Assembly: GCA_039915735.1 (NCBI GenBank) | Contig: JBDSMR010000123.1 | Span: forward strand, 61 to 64,060 | Direction: 5' to 3' | Length of the DNA: 64,000 bases | DNA from: Usitatibacter sp. | GTDB taxonomy: Bacteria > Pseudomonadota > Gammaproteobacteria > Burkholderiales > Usitatibacteraceae | Shown: in pieces, positions 54,510-63,513 of the stretch | Numbering within the stretch: position 1 is the stretch's first letter | How the letters are laid out: every line of letters starts with the position of its first letter | Position numbers and translations under genes: made by a program | The notes under the pieces: model-generated | Databases searched by the model: none | What the model saw: the letters and a program-made list of their open reading frames with translations, nothing else | What the model was told of the DNA's origin: nothing

Positions 54510-55450
54510 TGACAACCGCATTCAATCTCTACCCTCCGCTCGCAGGCCACTCTCCCCTGGTCCTCGATTCGCCGCACAGCGGCAACATCTATCCGGAAGA
54601 CTTCGGCACCGTGGTGTCGCTGGAGCGCCTTCGCAGAGCCGAGGACAGCTACGTGAACGAGCTCTATGCGAAGGGCCCTGAGCTGGGCGCTTCGCTGGTG
54701 GCCGCGCAATTCCCGCGCAGCTATATCGACCCGAACCGTTCCCTGCTGGACATCGACGCCTCGATGCTCGACGCGCCCTGGCCAGGCCCCGCGGTCCCGA
54801 GCGCGAAGACGGAGAGGGGCATCGGTCTTGTCTGGCGCGTGCTCGACGACGGTGAACCCATCTATGGACGCAAGCTCTCCGTGGCCGAGGTGAAGCAGCG
54901 CATCGTCCGCTATCACCAGCCCTACCAGCGCGCGGTAAAGGACTGCCTCGACGCGGTCCATGATCACTTCGGCGGTGTCTGGCATCTGAACCTGCACTCG
55001 ATGCCGGCCTTCAGCAGCGTGATTTCCCAGGAGGGCCCGGGCAAGCCGCGACCCGACTTCGTACTGGGTGATCGCGACGGCACCACCTGCGAGCCCGAGT
55101 TCACGGCGATGGTGGCGTCGGCGCTGCGCGCGATGGGTTACGAAGTGAAGGTGAATGATCCCTACAAGGGAGTCGAGCTGGTACGCGCCTTCTCCGATCC
55201 GAAGGCACAGCGCCACAGTCTCCAGGTCGAGGTGAACCGCAAGTTGTACATGGACGAAGGCACGCGTGAGAAAACCGCGGGCTTCGCGGCTCTCAAGGCC
55301 AACCTGGACTCGCTGCTCGCTTTGGTCGCGGAATACGCGGTCCAGCGTTGCGGGCAGGTTTGCGGCAACCACCACGACCACGCTCATGGCCATGACCACG
55401 ATCATGCCCACAGCCACAAACACGATCACAATCACCGACACGAGCACTGA
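54509..55450 (+). CDS. N-formylglutamate amidohydrolase (FGase/HutG) family protein with a C-terminal (HX)12H tail
   Basis: The A of the upstream TGA is the A of ATG 54509. LVLDSPHSG and FPRSYIDPNR are FGase-type motifs. The last 26 aa are HHDHAHGHDHDHAHSHKHDHNHRHEH. Confidence 0.75.
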   Translation: MTTAFNLYPPLAGHSPLVLDSPHSGNIYPEDFGTVVSLERLRRAEDSYVNELYAKGPELGASLVAAQFPRSYIDPNRSLLDIDASMLDAPWPGPAVPSAKTERGIGLVWRVLDDGEPIYGRKLSVAEVKQRIVRYHQPYQRAVKDCLDAVHDHFGGVWHLNLHSMPAFSSVISQEGPGKPRPDFVLGDRDGTTCEPEFTAMVASALRAMGYEVKVNDPYKGVELVRAFSDPKAQRHSLQVEVNRKLYMDEGTREKTAGFAALKANLDSLLALVAEYAVQRCGQVCGNHHDHAHGHDHDHAHSHKHDHNHRHEH

Positions 55451-55451
55451 C

Positions 55452-56399
55452 ATGCCCATCGCCGTCGAACTGCAGGCACCGGACATCTTCTCCCATCGCG
55501 CGTCGAATACCGGCGTCGACTACATCCACACATTCGACAGCGGCAAGCCGGGTCCGCACGTGATGGTAAACGCGCTCACCCATGGCAACGAGATCTGCGG
55601 CGCCATCGTGCTCGACAACCTGCTGCGGCGGCAATTGCGCCCGATTCGCGGAAGACTCACGCTGTCGTTCGCAAACGTCGAGGCATTTTCGCGATTCGAT
55701 CCACGCAATCCGTATGCGACACGTTTCATCGACGAGGACTTCAACCGCGTCTGGAATCCCGCCACACTGGACGGTCCGGGGAAGACGGTGGAGCTCACGC
55801 GCGCGCGCCAGCTGCGTCCTTTCATCGACGCCGCAGACTACTTGCTGGATATCCACTCGATGCTGGAGCCCAGCCCACCAGTGATGATCTGCGGCGCGCT
55901 CGAGAAGGGCATCGCATTTTCATTCGACGTGGGTGTGCCGCGAGACATCGTCAGCGACACCGGGCATTCCAATGGAACGCGCATGCGCGACTACGGCGGG
56001 TTTGGTGATCCCGCGAGCCCCAGGAACGCACTCCTGGTCGAGTGCGGGCAGCACTGGGAGCGCAGCGCGGAACGCGTTGCATGGCAGACCACGTGGCGCT
56101 TCATGAATCACCTGGGCGCCGTGGATCCCGCGATGGCGGCAAAGGAGATCGATGCCGACGTGCCGCCGCAGCGGCTCATCCGCGTGACTGAAGCGGTGGT
56201 CGCGAGCTCACCGGCCTTCCGTTTCACTCGGACATTCGCCGGACTGGAAGTGATCGAGCGGGAAGGCGACCTCATCGCCTGGGACGGCGACCGGCCCGTC
56301 AAGGCGCCTTACGACAATTGCGTGCTGGTGATGCCCGTTCCCAACAACGTGAAGACGGGCCTGACCGCGGTGAGGCTTGGGCGGCTGGAGACGCGTTAG
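55452..56399 (+). CDS. Succinylglutamate desuccinylase/aspartoacylase (AstE/ASPA, M14-like zinc hydrolase) family protein
   Basis: The internal ATG at 55452 lies 1 nt after the upstream stop. NALTHGNEICG is an HxxE zinc motif and IDEDFNR a DxNR motif, both typical of the family. Confidence 0.72.
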   Translation: MPIAVELQAPDIFSHRASNTGVDYIHTFDSGKPGPHVMVNALTHGNEICGAIVLDNLLRRQLRPIRGRLTLSFANVEAFSRFDPRNPYATRFIDEDFNRVWNPATLDGPGKTVELTRARQLRPFIDAADYLLDIHSMLEPSPPVMICGALEKGIAFSFDVGVPRDIVSDTGHSNGTRMRDYGGFGDPASPRNALLVECGQHWERSAERVAWQTTWRFMNHLGAVDPAMAAKEIDADVPPQRLIRVTEAVVASSPAFRFTRTFAGLEVIEREGDLIAWDGDRPVKAPYDNCVLVMPVPNNVKTGLTAVRLGRLETR

Positions 56400-57679
56400 C
56401 CCGCGGCGTCCTCGCCCTTGCCGGAGGGCCGGATGCCCAGCTGCTTGAGCTTGCGGTAGAGGTGCGTGCGCTCGAGGCCCACGCGATCGGCGACACGCGA
56501 CATGTTGCCCTCCTCGCGCCGGATGTGATGCAGGAAGTACTGTTTCTCGAACTGCTCGCGCGCGTCACGCAGCGGCAGGTCGAGTGAAACGCCGACTTCC
56601 GTGGTGACCTGCTCGCGCGGGCCGAGGTTGAATTCCCGCGCGACGCGATTCACGTCCTCGCCGCCGATATCGTTGGCAAGCGCCGTGAGCGCCAGTGTCT
56701 TCACGACGTTCTGCAGCACGGGCAGGTTCCCGGGCCAATCGAGGTTACGCATCACGTTGAGCGCACCCACCGTCAGCGTACGGAGCGGTATCTCGTTCGC
56801 GTCGACCAACTGCGTGAGCAACGTGCCGGCGATATCGGGAATGTCCTCGGGGTGGTCCGCAAGGGCAGGGACACGAATGGTGAGACCGGAGAGCTGGTGA
56901 TAAAGCGCGGGATCGAAACGCCCGTCGTCGACCATGGCAGGAAGCGGTCCCGTCGCGGCGCATATCAGGCGCGCGTTGAATTTTTCCAGCTTGCCGAGCA
57001 GTTGCGCCAGGCCCTTCTGCTCCGCCTTGTTCAGCAGCGCGATCTCCGGGAGGAACAACGTGCCGTCGCGGGCCACGGTCAACGGCTCGAAAGGGTTGGT
57101 CGCGAGCCATTCGGTCTCCTCCAGCGCGACCCAAGGTGTGTTCGCCAGGTGCAGATGGCGCGCGCACAGTTCGAATCCGCAGCCCGGCTCACCGATCAGC
57201 AGCACTGGAGTGCGCAGCCTGCCGACCTGGTCGAGGCGTTGGCGCAGCTCCTGGATCACGCGCGCACGGCCCAGGTTCACCAGCGCCAATCCCGTCTTCG
57301 GAAGTGCCTTGCCACCCGCCAGCGCCTTGCCGACGGTGGCCAGCAACTTGGGCAGGCTGATGGGTTTCTCGAGGAAATCGAAGGCGCCGATGCGCGTGGC
57401 CTCGACGGCGGAGTCGATGGTGCCGTGGCCGGACATCATCACCACCGGCATCGTCAGCAGGCCGCTTCCGGCCCATTCCTTCAGCAGCGTGATGCCGTCG
57501 GTATCGGGCATCCAGATGTCGAGCAACACGAGGTCCGGGCGCATTTCCTTGCGCGCGGAACGGGCAGTCTGGGCGTTTTCCGCCAGCCGCACTCCGTATC
57601 CCTCGTCACGAAGGATCTCGAAAAGCAGTTCGCGGATGCCGACTTCATCGTCGACGACAAGGATCTGGTTCGCGGGCAT
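56396..57679 (-). CDS. ntrX: NtrX-like response regulator (REC, degenerate AAA+, Fis-type HTH)
   Basis: The REC domain reads ILVVDDE...LLDIWMPDTDG...KP. The central domain has GEPGCGFE in place of GESGTGKE and LFLPEI in place of LFLDEI, and no GAFTGA segment. The C-terminal HTH is GNMSRVADRVGLERTHLYRKLKQLGI. Confidence 0.8.
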   Translation of the reverse strand: MPANQILVVDDEVGIRELLFEILRDEGYGVRLAENAQTARSARKEMRPDLVLLDIWMPDTDGITLLKEWAGSGLLTMPVVMMSGHGTIDSAVEATRIGAFDFLEKPISLPKLLATVGKALAGGKALPKTGLALVNLGRARVIQELRQRLDQVGRLRTPVLLIGEPGCGFELCARHLHLANTPWVALEETEWLATNPFEPLTVARDGTLFLPEIALLNKAEQKGLAQLLGKLEKFNARLICAATGPLPAMVDDGRFDPALYHQLSGLTIRVPALADHPEDIPDIAGTLLTQLVDANEIPLRTLTVGALNVMRNLDWPGNLPVLQNVVKTLALTALANDIGGEDVNRVAREFNLGPREQVTTEVGVSLDLPLRDAREQFEKQYFLHHIRREEGNMSRVADRVGLERTHLYRKLKQLGIRPSGKGEDAAG

Positions 57680-57694
57680 TTGTATCGGTTTGGT

Positions 57695-59815
57695 TTACGC
57701 CGCTGCCTTGAGTGGCAGGACGATACTCACCGTGGCGCCATGGGGTTTCACATTCTCCACCAGAATGCGCCCTTGGTGCTCGTCGACTATCTTCTTGACG
57801 ATCGCCAGGCCCAGGCCCGTGCCTTTCGGCTTGGTGGTTACGTAGGGCTCGAAAATCCGGCCCATCACACCCTCGGCGATGCCCGTGCCGTTGTCCCGCA
57901 CCGTGAGTAGCACGCCGCCGGTCCCGAGGCTGGTGGAAACAAGGATTTTCGGGCCCTCGACGCCGGTGAGGGCATCGATGGCGTTCTGGAAAAGGTTGTG
58001 CAGTACCTGCCGCAGCATGGCGGGGTCGGCGTAGATCTGCGGAAGGTCTTCGGCGAGCCGCGGCTCGATCGATACACCCATGGCTTCGTAGAGGACCAGC
58101 ACCTCCCGCACCAGGTCATTCAACGTGACGGCACGGGCGTTCATACGCGAGGAATGCGCGTACTGGGAGAAGTCGTCGACCATTCCCTTGAGCGCCGCGA
58201 CATGGCTCACGATGGTGCCGGTGGCGCGCGTCAGGAGGTCCGCTTCCGCCGCCGGAAGTTTGTCCTTGAGCTTGTGCTGCAGGCGCTCCGCCGAAAGCTG
58301 GATCGGCGTGAGCGGGTTCTTGATCTCGTGCGCCAGGCGCCTGGCCACCTCGCCCCACGCGGCATCGCGCTGGGCCTGGATGAGGTGCGTGATGTCGTCG
58401 AAGACAACGACGTAGCCATCTTCTCCACGCTGCACGAGTCGCGTTCCGCGCAGCAGCAGGATGCGCTGCCCGTCCCCGCGTCGGTACTCCATCTGCTCTT
58501 CCCACTGGCGCGTGCTGGAAGAAGCGAAATGCCGCAGCGCGATCTCCGCAAAAGGTGCTACCGACTGCATGTGGCGCGGCCATTCCGAAAGCTTCAATCC
58601 GTGGAATGCACCGGTCGGCACCGCGAGGATCTCGTTGGCCGAAGCGTTCATCGTCTTGACGTAGAGGCGCTCGTCGAAAGTGAGCACGCCCGACGTCAGG
58701 TTGGAAAGGATGCTTTCGAGGTAGGTCTTGGAATCCTCCAGCTGCTGCTGGTTGCGCTCCATCGCGTCGGTGGCGTCCGCGATCTGCCGCGTCATGGTGT
58801 TGAACGACTGGGTGAGCACGCCGAACTCGTCGCGGCTCTTCACCGGGTTCAACTTGGAGTAATCGCCCTTCGCGATCGCGCGCGTGGCTTCGGCGAGTGC
58901 GGAAAGAGGTGCCGAGAGTTTCTCCGAGAGCAGGAACGCCAGCGCCAAGGCCGAGAACAGCGTCAGCAACATCGCGAGCGTGAGCGTCAGGCTGAAGATG
59001 TCCTTGAGGCCGTTGCGCGCCAGCAGGAGCTCGTTGTAGTCCTTGACGCCGGCGGCCACCAGCAATGCGTCACGCGAAATCGCGCTGGGCACACGCTGCA
59101 GCACCTGCAGGACGCGGATGTCGTCCGCGATGGTCAACACATTCACCGGCACGATCACGCGCAGGTATAGACCCCTTTCGGGTATTTCCTCGATCGATCG
59201 CACGCTTTGCTGCGACCGCACCTGTCGAAGCACGTTCTGTGTCGGCAGATCCGGCAACAGGGCGACCGGTTCCGAGCCCGACTGCGCAAGTACGCGGCCG
59301 CGGGCGGTGAGCAGCGTGGCCTCCTCGATGGAGTATTGCTCGCGCAGGCGGTTGAGCGTGGTGGCCTCGACGGCCTGCGTGGTGGCGAGCGAAACCGACA
59401 TGGACTCGGCCTTGAGTGCGAGCTCCTTGAGGGAGTTCTCCATGGCGCTGCGCGCGAGCTTCAGGCCGCTGTTGAGCGACTCGTCGACGCGCACGTCGAA
59501 CCAGGATTCGATCGAGCGCTGCAGGAACTGGTAGGAGATCGCGTACATCATGCCGCCCGGGATGAACGCCATCAGCGCGAAGACCATCACCAGGCGCAGG
59601 GTCAGCTTGGAGCCGAAGACACGCTCGCGCAGCTTGCGGCGCAGGACGAGCAATTGATAGCCGATCAGCGCCCCGAGCCCAAGGGCCAGGCCGCCACCGA
59701 GATAGAGTAGGAGCCGGTAGTTCTTCGCGAACAGCGCGGTGTTCGCGGAAGCCTCTGACATCAGGTACACCAGCGCAGCGCCAGCGACCACGCAGAGGAA
59801 AATCAGGGGTCTCAT
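57695..59815 (-). CDS. ntrY: NtrY-like sensor histidine kinase (TM segments, HAMP, PAS, HisKA, HATPase)
   Basis: The H-box is LAHEIKNPLTPIQLSAERL, followed by N and G boxes. ATG 59815 overlaps the DUF4390 stop (ATGA). The ORF-track start 59839 is a TTG. Confidence 0.85.
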   Translation of the reverse strand: MRPLIFLCVVAGAALVYLMSEASANTALFAKNYRLLLYLGGGLALGLGALIGYQLLVLRRKLRERVFGSKLTLRLVMVFALMAFIPGGMMYAISYQFLQRSIESWFDVRVDESLNSGLKLARSAMENSLKELALKAESMSVSLATTQAVEATTLNRLREQYSIEEATLLTARGRVLAQSGSEPVALLPDLPTQNVLRQVRSQQSVRSIEEIPERGLYLRVIVPVNVLTIADDIRVLQVLQRVPSAISRDALLVAAGVKDYNELLLARNGLKDIFSLTLTLAMLLTLFSALALAFLLSEKLSAPLSALAEATRAIAKGDYSKLNPVKSRDEFGVLTQSFNTMTRQIADATDAMERNQQQLEDSKTYLESILSNLTSGVLTFDERLYVKTMNASANEILAVPTGAFHGLKLSEWPRHMQSVAPFAEIALRHFASSSTRQWEEQMEYRRGDGQRILLLRGTRLVQRGEDGYVVVFDDITHLIQAQRDAAWGEVARRLAHEIKNPLTPIQLSAERLQHKLKDKLPAAEADLLTRATGTIVSHVAALKGMVDDFSQYAHSSRMNARAVTLNDLVREVLVLYEAMGVSIEPRLAEDLPQIYADPAMLRQVLHNLFQNAIDALTGVEGPKILVSTSLGTGGVLLTVRDNGTGIAEGVMGRIFEPYVTTKPKGTGLGLAIVKKIVDEHQGRILVENVKPHGATVSIVLPLKAAA

Positions 59816-60408
59816 GGACCGAGCGTCCAGCGATGCCAATCAGACGCCAGGGTCCAGTCACGCGAAGCGAGCGCGTTGACCTGGAATGGCTTTGGCAGCT
59901 GGGCGGTATCGAGGCGCATACGAACTGCCGCCTGATAGACCTGATCCTTTTTTATTACGCCTTTGTCGGCGATATGCCACCCGCGCAGGCGCGATAGTAC
60001 GCGGGTCACCTCATCAAATCGGGAGAAGTTCTGGTAGACGTTCCCGAAGGTCAAGCGGTATTGCCGCAGCAGCGGCGTGTACGAAATCTTGTAAGTCTGG
60101 GAGAGCTGGATCGGCTTCTCGTCGAACCAGTACCAGCGCGGACTCGACAACTCGAAATCGACCACGAAGAACAGCGGAATGCCGCGGTTCACCGCCTCTT
60201 CAAGGCGCGCGTTGAACTGGATGTCGAAGGCCGCTTCCAGCTCCCAGCCGTCGTCGACGGGGTCGATCACGACGCTGCGCACTTCAATTCCGTCCGCGAA
60301 CGCGGCGGGCGCGAACACCGCCACCAGCAAGGCAAGCGCCATCGCGCGAACACGACGGGGCATGGCCGAAAGCCAGCGGAGAGAAGAAAAAAGCGCCGAA
60401 GTTGTCAT
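59812..60408 (-). CDS. DUF4390-like periplasmic protein, translationally coupled to ntrY
   Basis: It has a signal peptide ...LLVAVFAPAAFADG. The position directly upstream of ntrY/ntrX is where a DUF4390 gene sits in other Betaproteobacteria. The family name is from memory, not from a search. Confidence 0.65.
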   Translation of the reverse strand: MTTSALFSSLRWLSAMPRRVRAMALALLVAVFAPAAFADGIEVRSVVIDPVDDGWELEAAFDIQFNARLEEAVNRGIPLFFVVDFELSSPRWYWFDEKPIQLSQTYKISYTPLLRQYRLTFGNVYQNFSRFDEVTRVLSRLRGWHIADKGVIKKDQVYQAAVRMRLDTAQLPKPFQVNALASRDWTLASDWHRWTLGP

Positions 60409-60572
60409 CTATTCGAGCGACCCTGGGTGCCTGTTCGAAGGAAAGTGTTGTATCCGCGATACAGGTGAGGCTACGAAAGTCAATTTACCACTAATCTCAA
60501 CGACTTGCCACAAATTTGCAGTGACCGAGGATAGGCCTATTTTCCGGCAAATCAATGACTTGCGATTTTCCT

Positions 60573-61493
60573 CTAAGCTGGCACAGCACCTGGTTTCAGC
60601 GGTTTGCCTCGCAGAAACTCGGCGACCGCCATCCTGCGCCCTCCCGGCCGCTGCAGAACCCTCAGATCCAGTGCCCCCGAGCCGCAAGCAACCATAAGTC
60701 GGGTGGATTCCACGACCAGGCAGCTGCCGGGAGCCCCAAAGTTCCCCGAGACGGGTTCAGCGGACCAGACCTTGACGATCTCTCCGGCCACCATGCCCTC
60801 CGCTCCGGGCGCCGGATCGAAAGCGCGCACCTGCCGATCGACCTCCTCGCAGGAGCGCGACCAGTCGATACGGGCTTCAGCCTTGGTGACCTTGGCTGCA
60901 TATGTTGCTCGCGAGCCGTCCTGGGGCCTCGCGGCCAGTGCATGCAATTGCTGCAATGCCTCGACGATCGATTCCGCGCCCAGGATCGAAAGCCGCTCGG
61001 TGAGCGCGCCGGTAGTGTCTCGCGGACTGATCGGAATCGCCTTCTCAAGCAGTACCGGGCCCGTATCGAGCCCTTCGTCCATCTGCATGATTCCGACGCC
61101 GGTGACGGTATCGCCCGCGAGGATTGCCCGGTGAATCGGTGCCGCACCACGCCAGCGTGGCAGAAGCGAGGCGTGGATGTTGAGGCAACCATGCCGAGGG
61201 ATCTCCAGCACGGCCTTGGGAAGCAGCAATCCGTAAGCCGCGACAACCATCACGTCGGTGCCGACGGCGCGAATGCGCTCCTGTGCCTCCGCCGCCTTGA
61301 GCGTCGCAAACTTCTCAATGGGAATGCTGTGGGATTGGGCAACCGCGGCCACGGCGCTGGACGTGAGCTTGAGCCCGCGGCCGGAGGGACGGTCCGGCTG
61401 TGTGAGGACCAGGACCACATCGTGGCCGGCATCCACCAGGGCTTCCAGGGCCCGGGCGGCGAAAGGAGGGGTACCCGCGAAGGCAACGCGCAA
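60573..61493 (-). CDS. fmt: Methionyl-tRNA formyltransferase
   Basis: A TTG start gives MRVAFAGTPPFA. LNIHASLLPRWRGAAPIHRAI is the Fmt signature. Confidence 0.95.
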   Translation of the reverse strand: MRVAFAGTPPFAARALEALVDAGHDVVLVLTQPDRPSGRGLKLTSSAVAAVAQSHSIPIEKFATLKAAEAQERIRAVGTDVMVVAAYGLLLPKAVLEIPRHGCLNIHASLLPRWRGAAPIHRAILAGDTVTGVGIMQMDEGLDTGPVLLEKAIPISPRDTTGALTERLSILGAESIVEALQQLHALAARPQDGSRATYAAKVTKAEARIDWSRSCEEVDRQVRAFDPAPGAEGMVAGEIVKVWSAEPVSGNFGAPGSCLVVESTRLMVACGSGALDLRVLQRPGGRRMAVAEFLRGKPLKPGAVPA

Positions 61494-61510
61494 GGGCGCG
61501 GCTTCCGGGC

Positions 61511-62014
61511 TCAGGCGGCCTTGCGTTGGCGCTTTTTCAGCTTCGCGCGAATTCGGTTCTGCTTCAGGTCTGACAGGAGCTCGACGAAGACCTTGCCTTC
61601 CAGGTGATCCAATTCGTGCTGGATGCAGGCGGCGAGCATCCCCGAGGCATTCAAGGTGAACCGCGCACCGTTGCGGTCGAGCGCGGTGACGGTAACACTT
61701 TCCGCCCGCTCGACGTTGTCATAGACGCCGGCGACCGAGAGGCAACCTTCCTGGTTGGTGGCAATGCCTTCGCGCCGGGTGATCTCCGGATTGATGAAGA
61801 CCCGCAGGTCGCTGCGGTCCTCGCTCACATCCATGACAATGATCTGTTTGTGGACGTCTACCTGACTCGCCGCCAGTCCGACACCGGGCGCGGCGTACAT
61901 GGTCTCGACCATGTCATCAATCAGGTTTCGCGTCGCCGAGTCGATTTTTTCGACGCGCTGCGCGGGCTTCATGAGCCTCGGATCGGGGTACTGGAGTATG
62001 TCGAGAATGGCCAT
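61511..62014 (-). CDS. def: Peptide deformylase
   Basis: The metal-binding motifs are [13 protein letters not shown] and HELDH. Confidence 0.96.
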   Translation of the reverse strand: MAILDILQYPDPRLMKPAQRVEKIDSATRNLIDDMVETMYAAPGVGLAASQVDVHKQIIVMDVSEDRSDLRVFINPEITRREGIATNQEGCLSVAGVYDNVERAESVTVTALDRNGARFTLNASGMLAACIQHELDHLEGKVFVELLSDLKQNRIRAKLKKRQRKAA

Positions 62015-62130
62015 AAATGCTTGCTAATTGAAGAAATTATGTGCAGAATTTATCGCACTACATGAGAAAAGGGGCGTAACCCTTTTCTGAATATGGGTCC
62101 CCAGCGCCATATCCACAAGTGAGTGCCGCC

Positions 62131-63399
62131 ATGCGAAAGACAATTATAACTTTAGTCGTCGCCCTGGCCAGTTTGGTTCCGGGCGGGGTATTGGCAGATG
62201 GCATGCCGGCCTCGTCGGAAAAAACGGCCGCAAAGGGGGGCGATTCCGCTTCCACCCAAGTCACCCAGGCTGACCTGGCGGCCGATGCGCCGTCCGAGTA
62301 CACGGTCGTCAAAGGCGACACCTTGTGGGGAATTGCGGGCAAGTTCCTGAAAGATCCCTGGAAATGGCCGCAGGTCTGGCAGATGAACCAGGAACAGATC
62401 AAGAACCCGCACAAGATCTACCCGGGCGACGTGGTTCGCCTGGACCGTGATTCGATGCGCATGTCGCTGGCCAGTGGTGGCGCCGGCGGATCCGGCGGAT
62501 CCGGCGGACCCAGCGGCGGCACCATGGCCGATGCGGCCGGAAACGTGGTCAAGCTGGACGCCCGCGTGCGGGTAGAGCCCCTGAATTCGGCCGTTCCCAG
62601 CATTCCCGGCACCGTTATCGGCCCCTTCCTGAGCCAGCCCCTGGTCGTCGAGGCGAACGGCCTGGATTCCGCTCCGTCGATCCTCGCCACCGAGGAAAGC
62701 CGGGTCATCGTGGGAGCCGGCGATACGGCCTACGCGGACCGCATCGGCACCGGCGACAGCATCAACTGGCAGATCTTCCGTCCCGGGGTAGCCCTCAAGG
62801 ACCCGGATTCGGGCGAAATTCTCGGCTATGAGGCCAAATACGTCGGTGACGCTCGTGTCCGCCGCTACGGCAACCCGACCACCCTTGAAATCGTCAAGAC
62901 CCGCCAGGAGGTCAATCGTGGCGACCGGCTCGCCCCGGCTCGCGAAACGGCCTTCCCGACCTACGTTCCGCGCGCGCCCGATAAACTGATCAAGGGCGTG
63001 ATCATGTCGGTGGATGGTGGTGTTTCGGAGTTCGGCCAATACCAGATCATCACCATCAACCGCGGCGCGCGTGATGGCGTCGAGGTTGGACATGTCCTTG
63101 CAACCCTGCGCAAGGGCCAGGTGATCAACGCCGGTGGCCGTTTGCTGGATTCCTCCCGCTTCCTCGATGGCCTGAAGATCACCCCGGTCAACGTGGTTCC
63201 GGATCCGCCGCGCCCTCCGCCGCCCCCGGTTGAGCCGGGCAAGGTTGCGCCGGTTGCGCAGGCCGATGGCCCGCTGAAGCTCCCGGACGAGCGCAATGGC
63301 CTGATCTTCGTCTTCCGCACGTTCGACAAGCTTTCGTACGCGCTCGTGATGCGTGCCACTCGCCCGATGTATATCGGAGACGTGGTCACAACGCCGTAA
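62131..63399 (+). CDS. LysM-domain peptidoglycan-binding protein
   Basis: It has a signal peptide MRKTIITLVVALASLVPGGVLA. The LysM domain is YTVVKGDTLWGIAGKFLKDPWKWPQVWQMNQEQIKNPHKIYPGDVVRL. The alternative GTG start is at 62119. The position def divergent from lysM, followed by dprA, is conserved. Confidence 0.85.
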   Translation: MRKTIITLVVALASLVPGGVLADGMPASSEKTAAKGGDSASTQVTQADLAADAPSEYTVVKGDTLWGIAGKFLKDPWKWPQVWQMNQEQIKNPHKIYPGDVVRLDRDSMRMSLASGGAGGSGGSGGPSGGTMADAAGNVVKLDARVRVEPLNSAVPSIPGTVIGPFLSQPLVVEANGLDSAPSILATEESRVIVGAGDTAYADRIGTGDSINWQIFRPGVALKDPDSGEILGYEAKYVGDARVRRYGNPTTLEIVKTRQEVNRGDRLAPARETAFPTYVPRAPDKLIKGVIMSVDGGVSEFGQYQIITINRGARDGVEVGHVLATLRKGQVINAGGRLLDSSRFLDGLKITPVNVVPDPPRPPPPPVEPGKVAPVAQADGPLKLPDERNGLIFVFRTFDKLSYALVMRATRPMYIGDVVTTP

Positions 63400-63422
63400 C
63401 GCGTTCGGCAGCGGACAGGAAC

Positions 63423-63450
63423 AAGGGGCTTCGGCCCCTTTTTCTTTTCC
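63423..63450 (+). terminator. Intrinsic terminator after the LysM gene
   Basis: AGGGGC (63424-63429), loop TTCG, GCCCCT (63434-63439), followed by TTTTCTTTTCC. Confidence 0.7.
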
Positions 63451-63513
63451 CGCCCGGGTCAGCGAAGCGTGACCTGACCCCGTTTATGGGGCATCCTCCC
63501 GATCCCTCCCGCC

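Noticed and set aside
60409-60687. A 92-aa minus-strand ORF (and plus-strand ORFs 60179-60697 and 60555-61607) in the fmt/DUF4390 spacer
   Set aside because: They overlap fmt or the DUF4390 gene out of frame, have no SD/start context and no recognisable motif. They are not evidence for an rsmB remnant.
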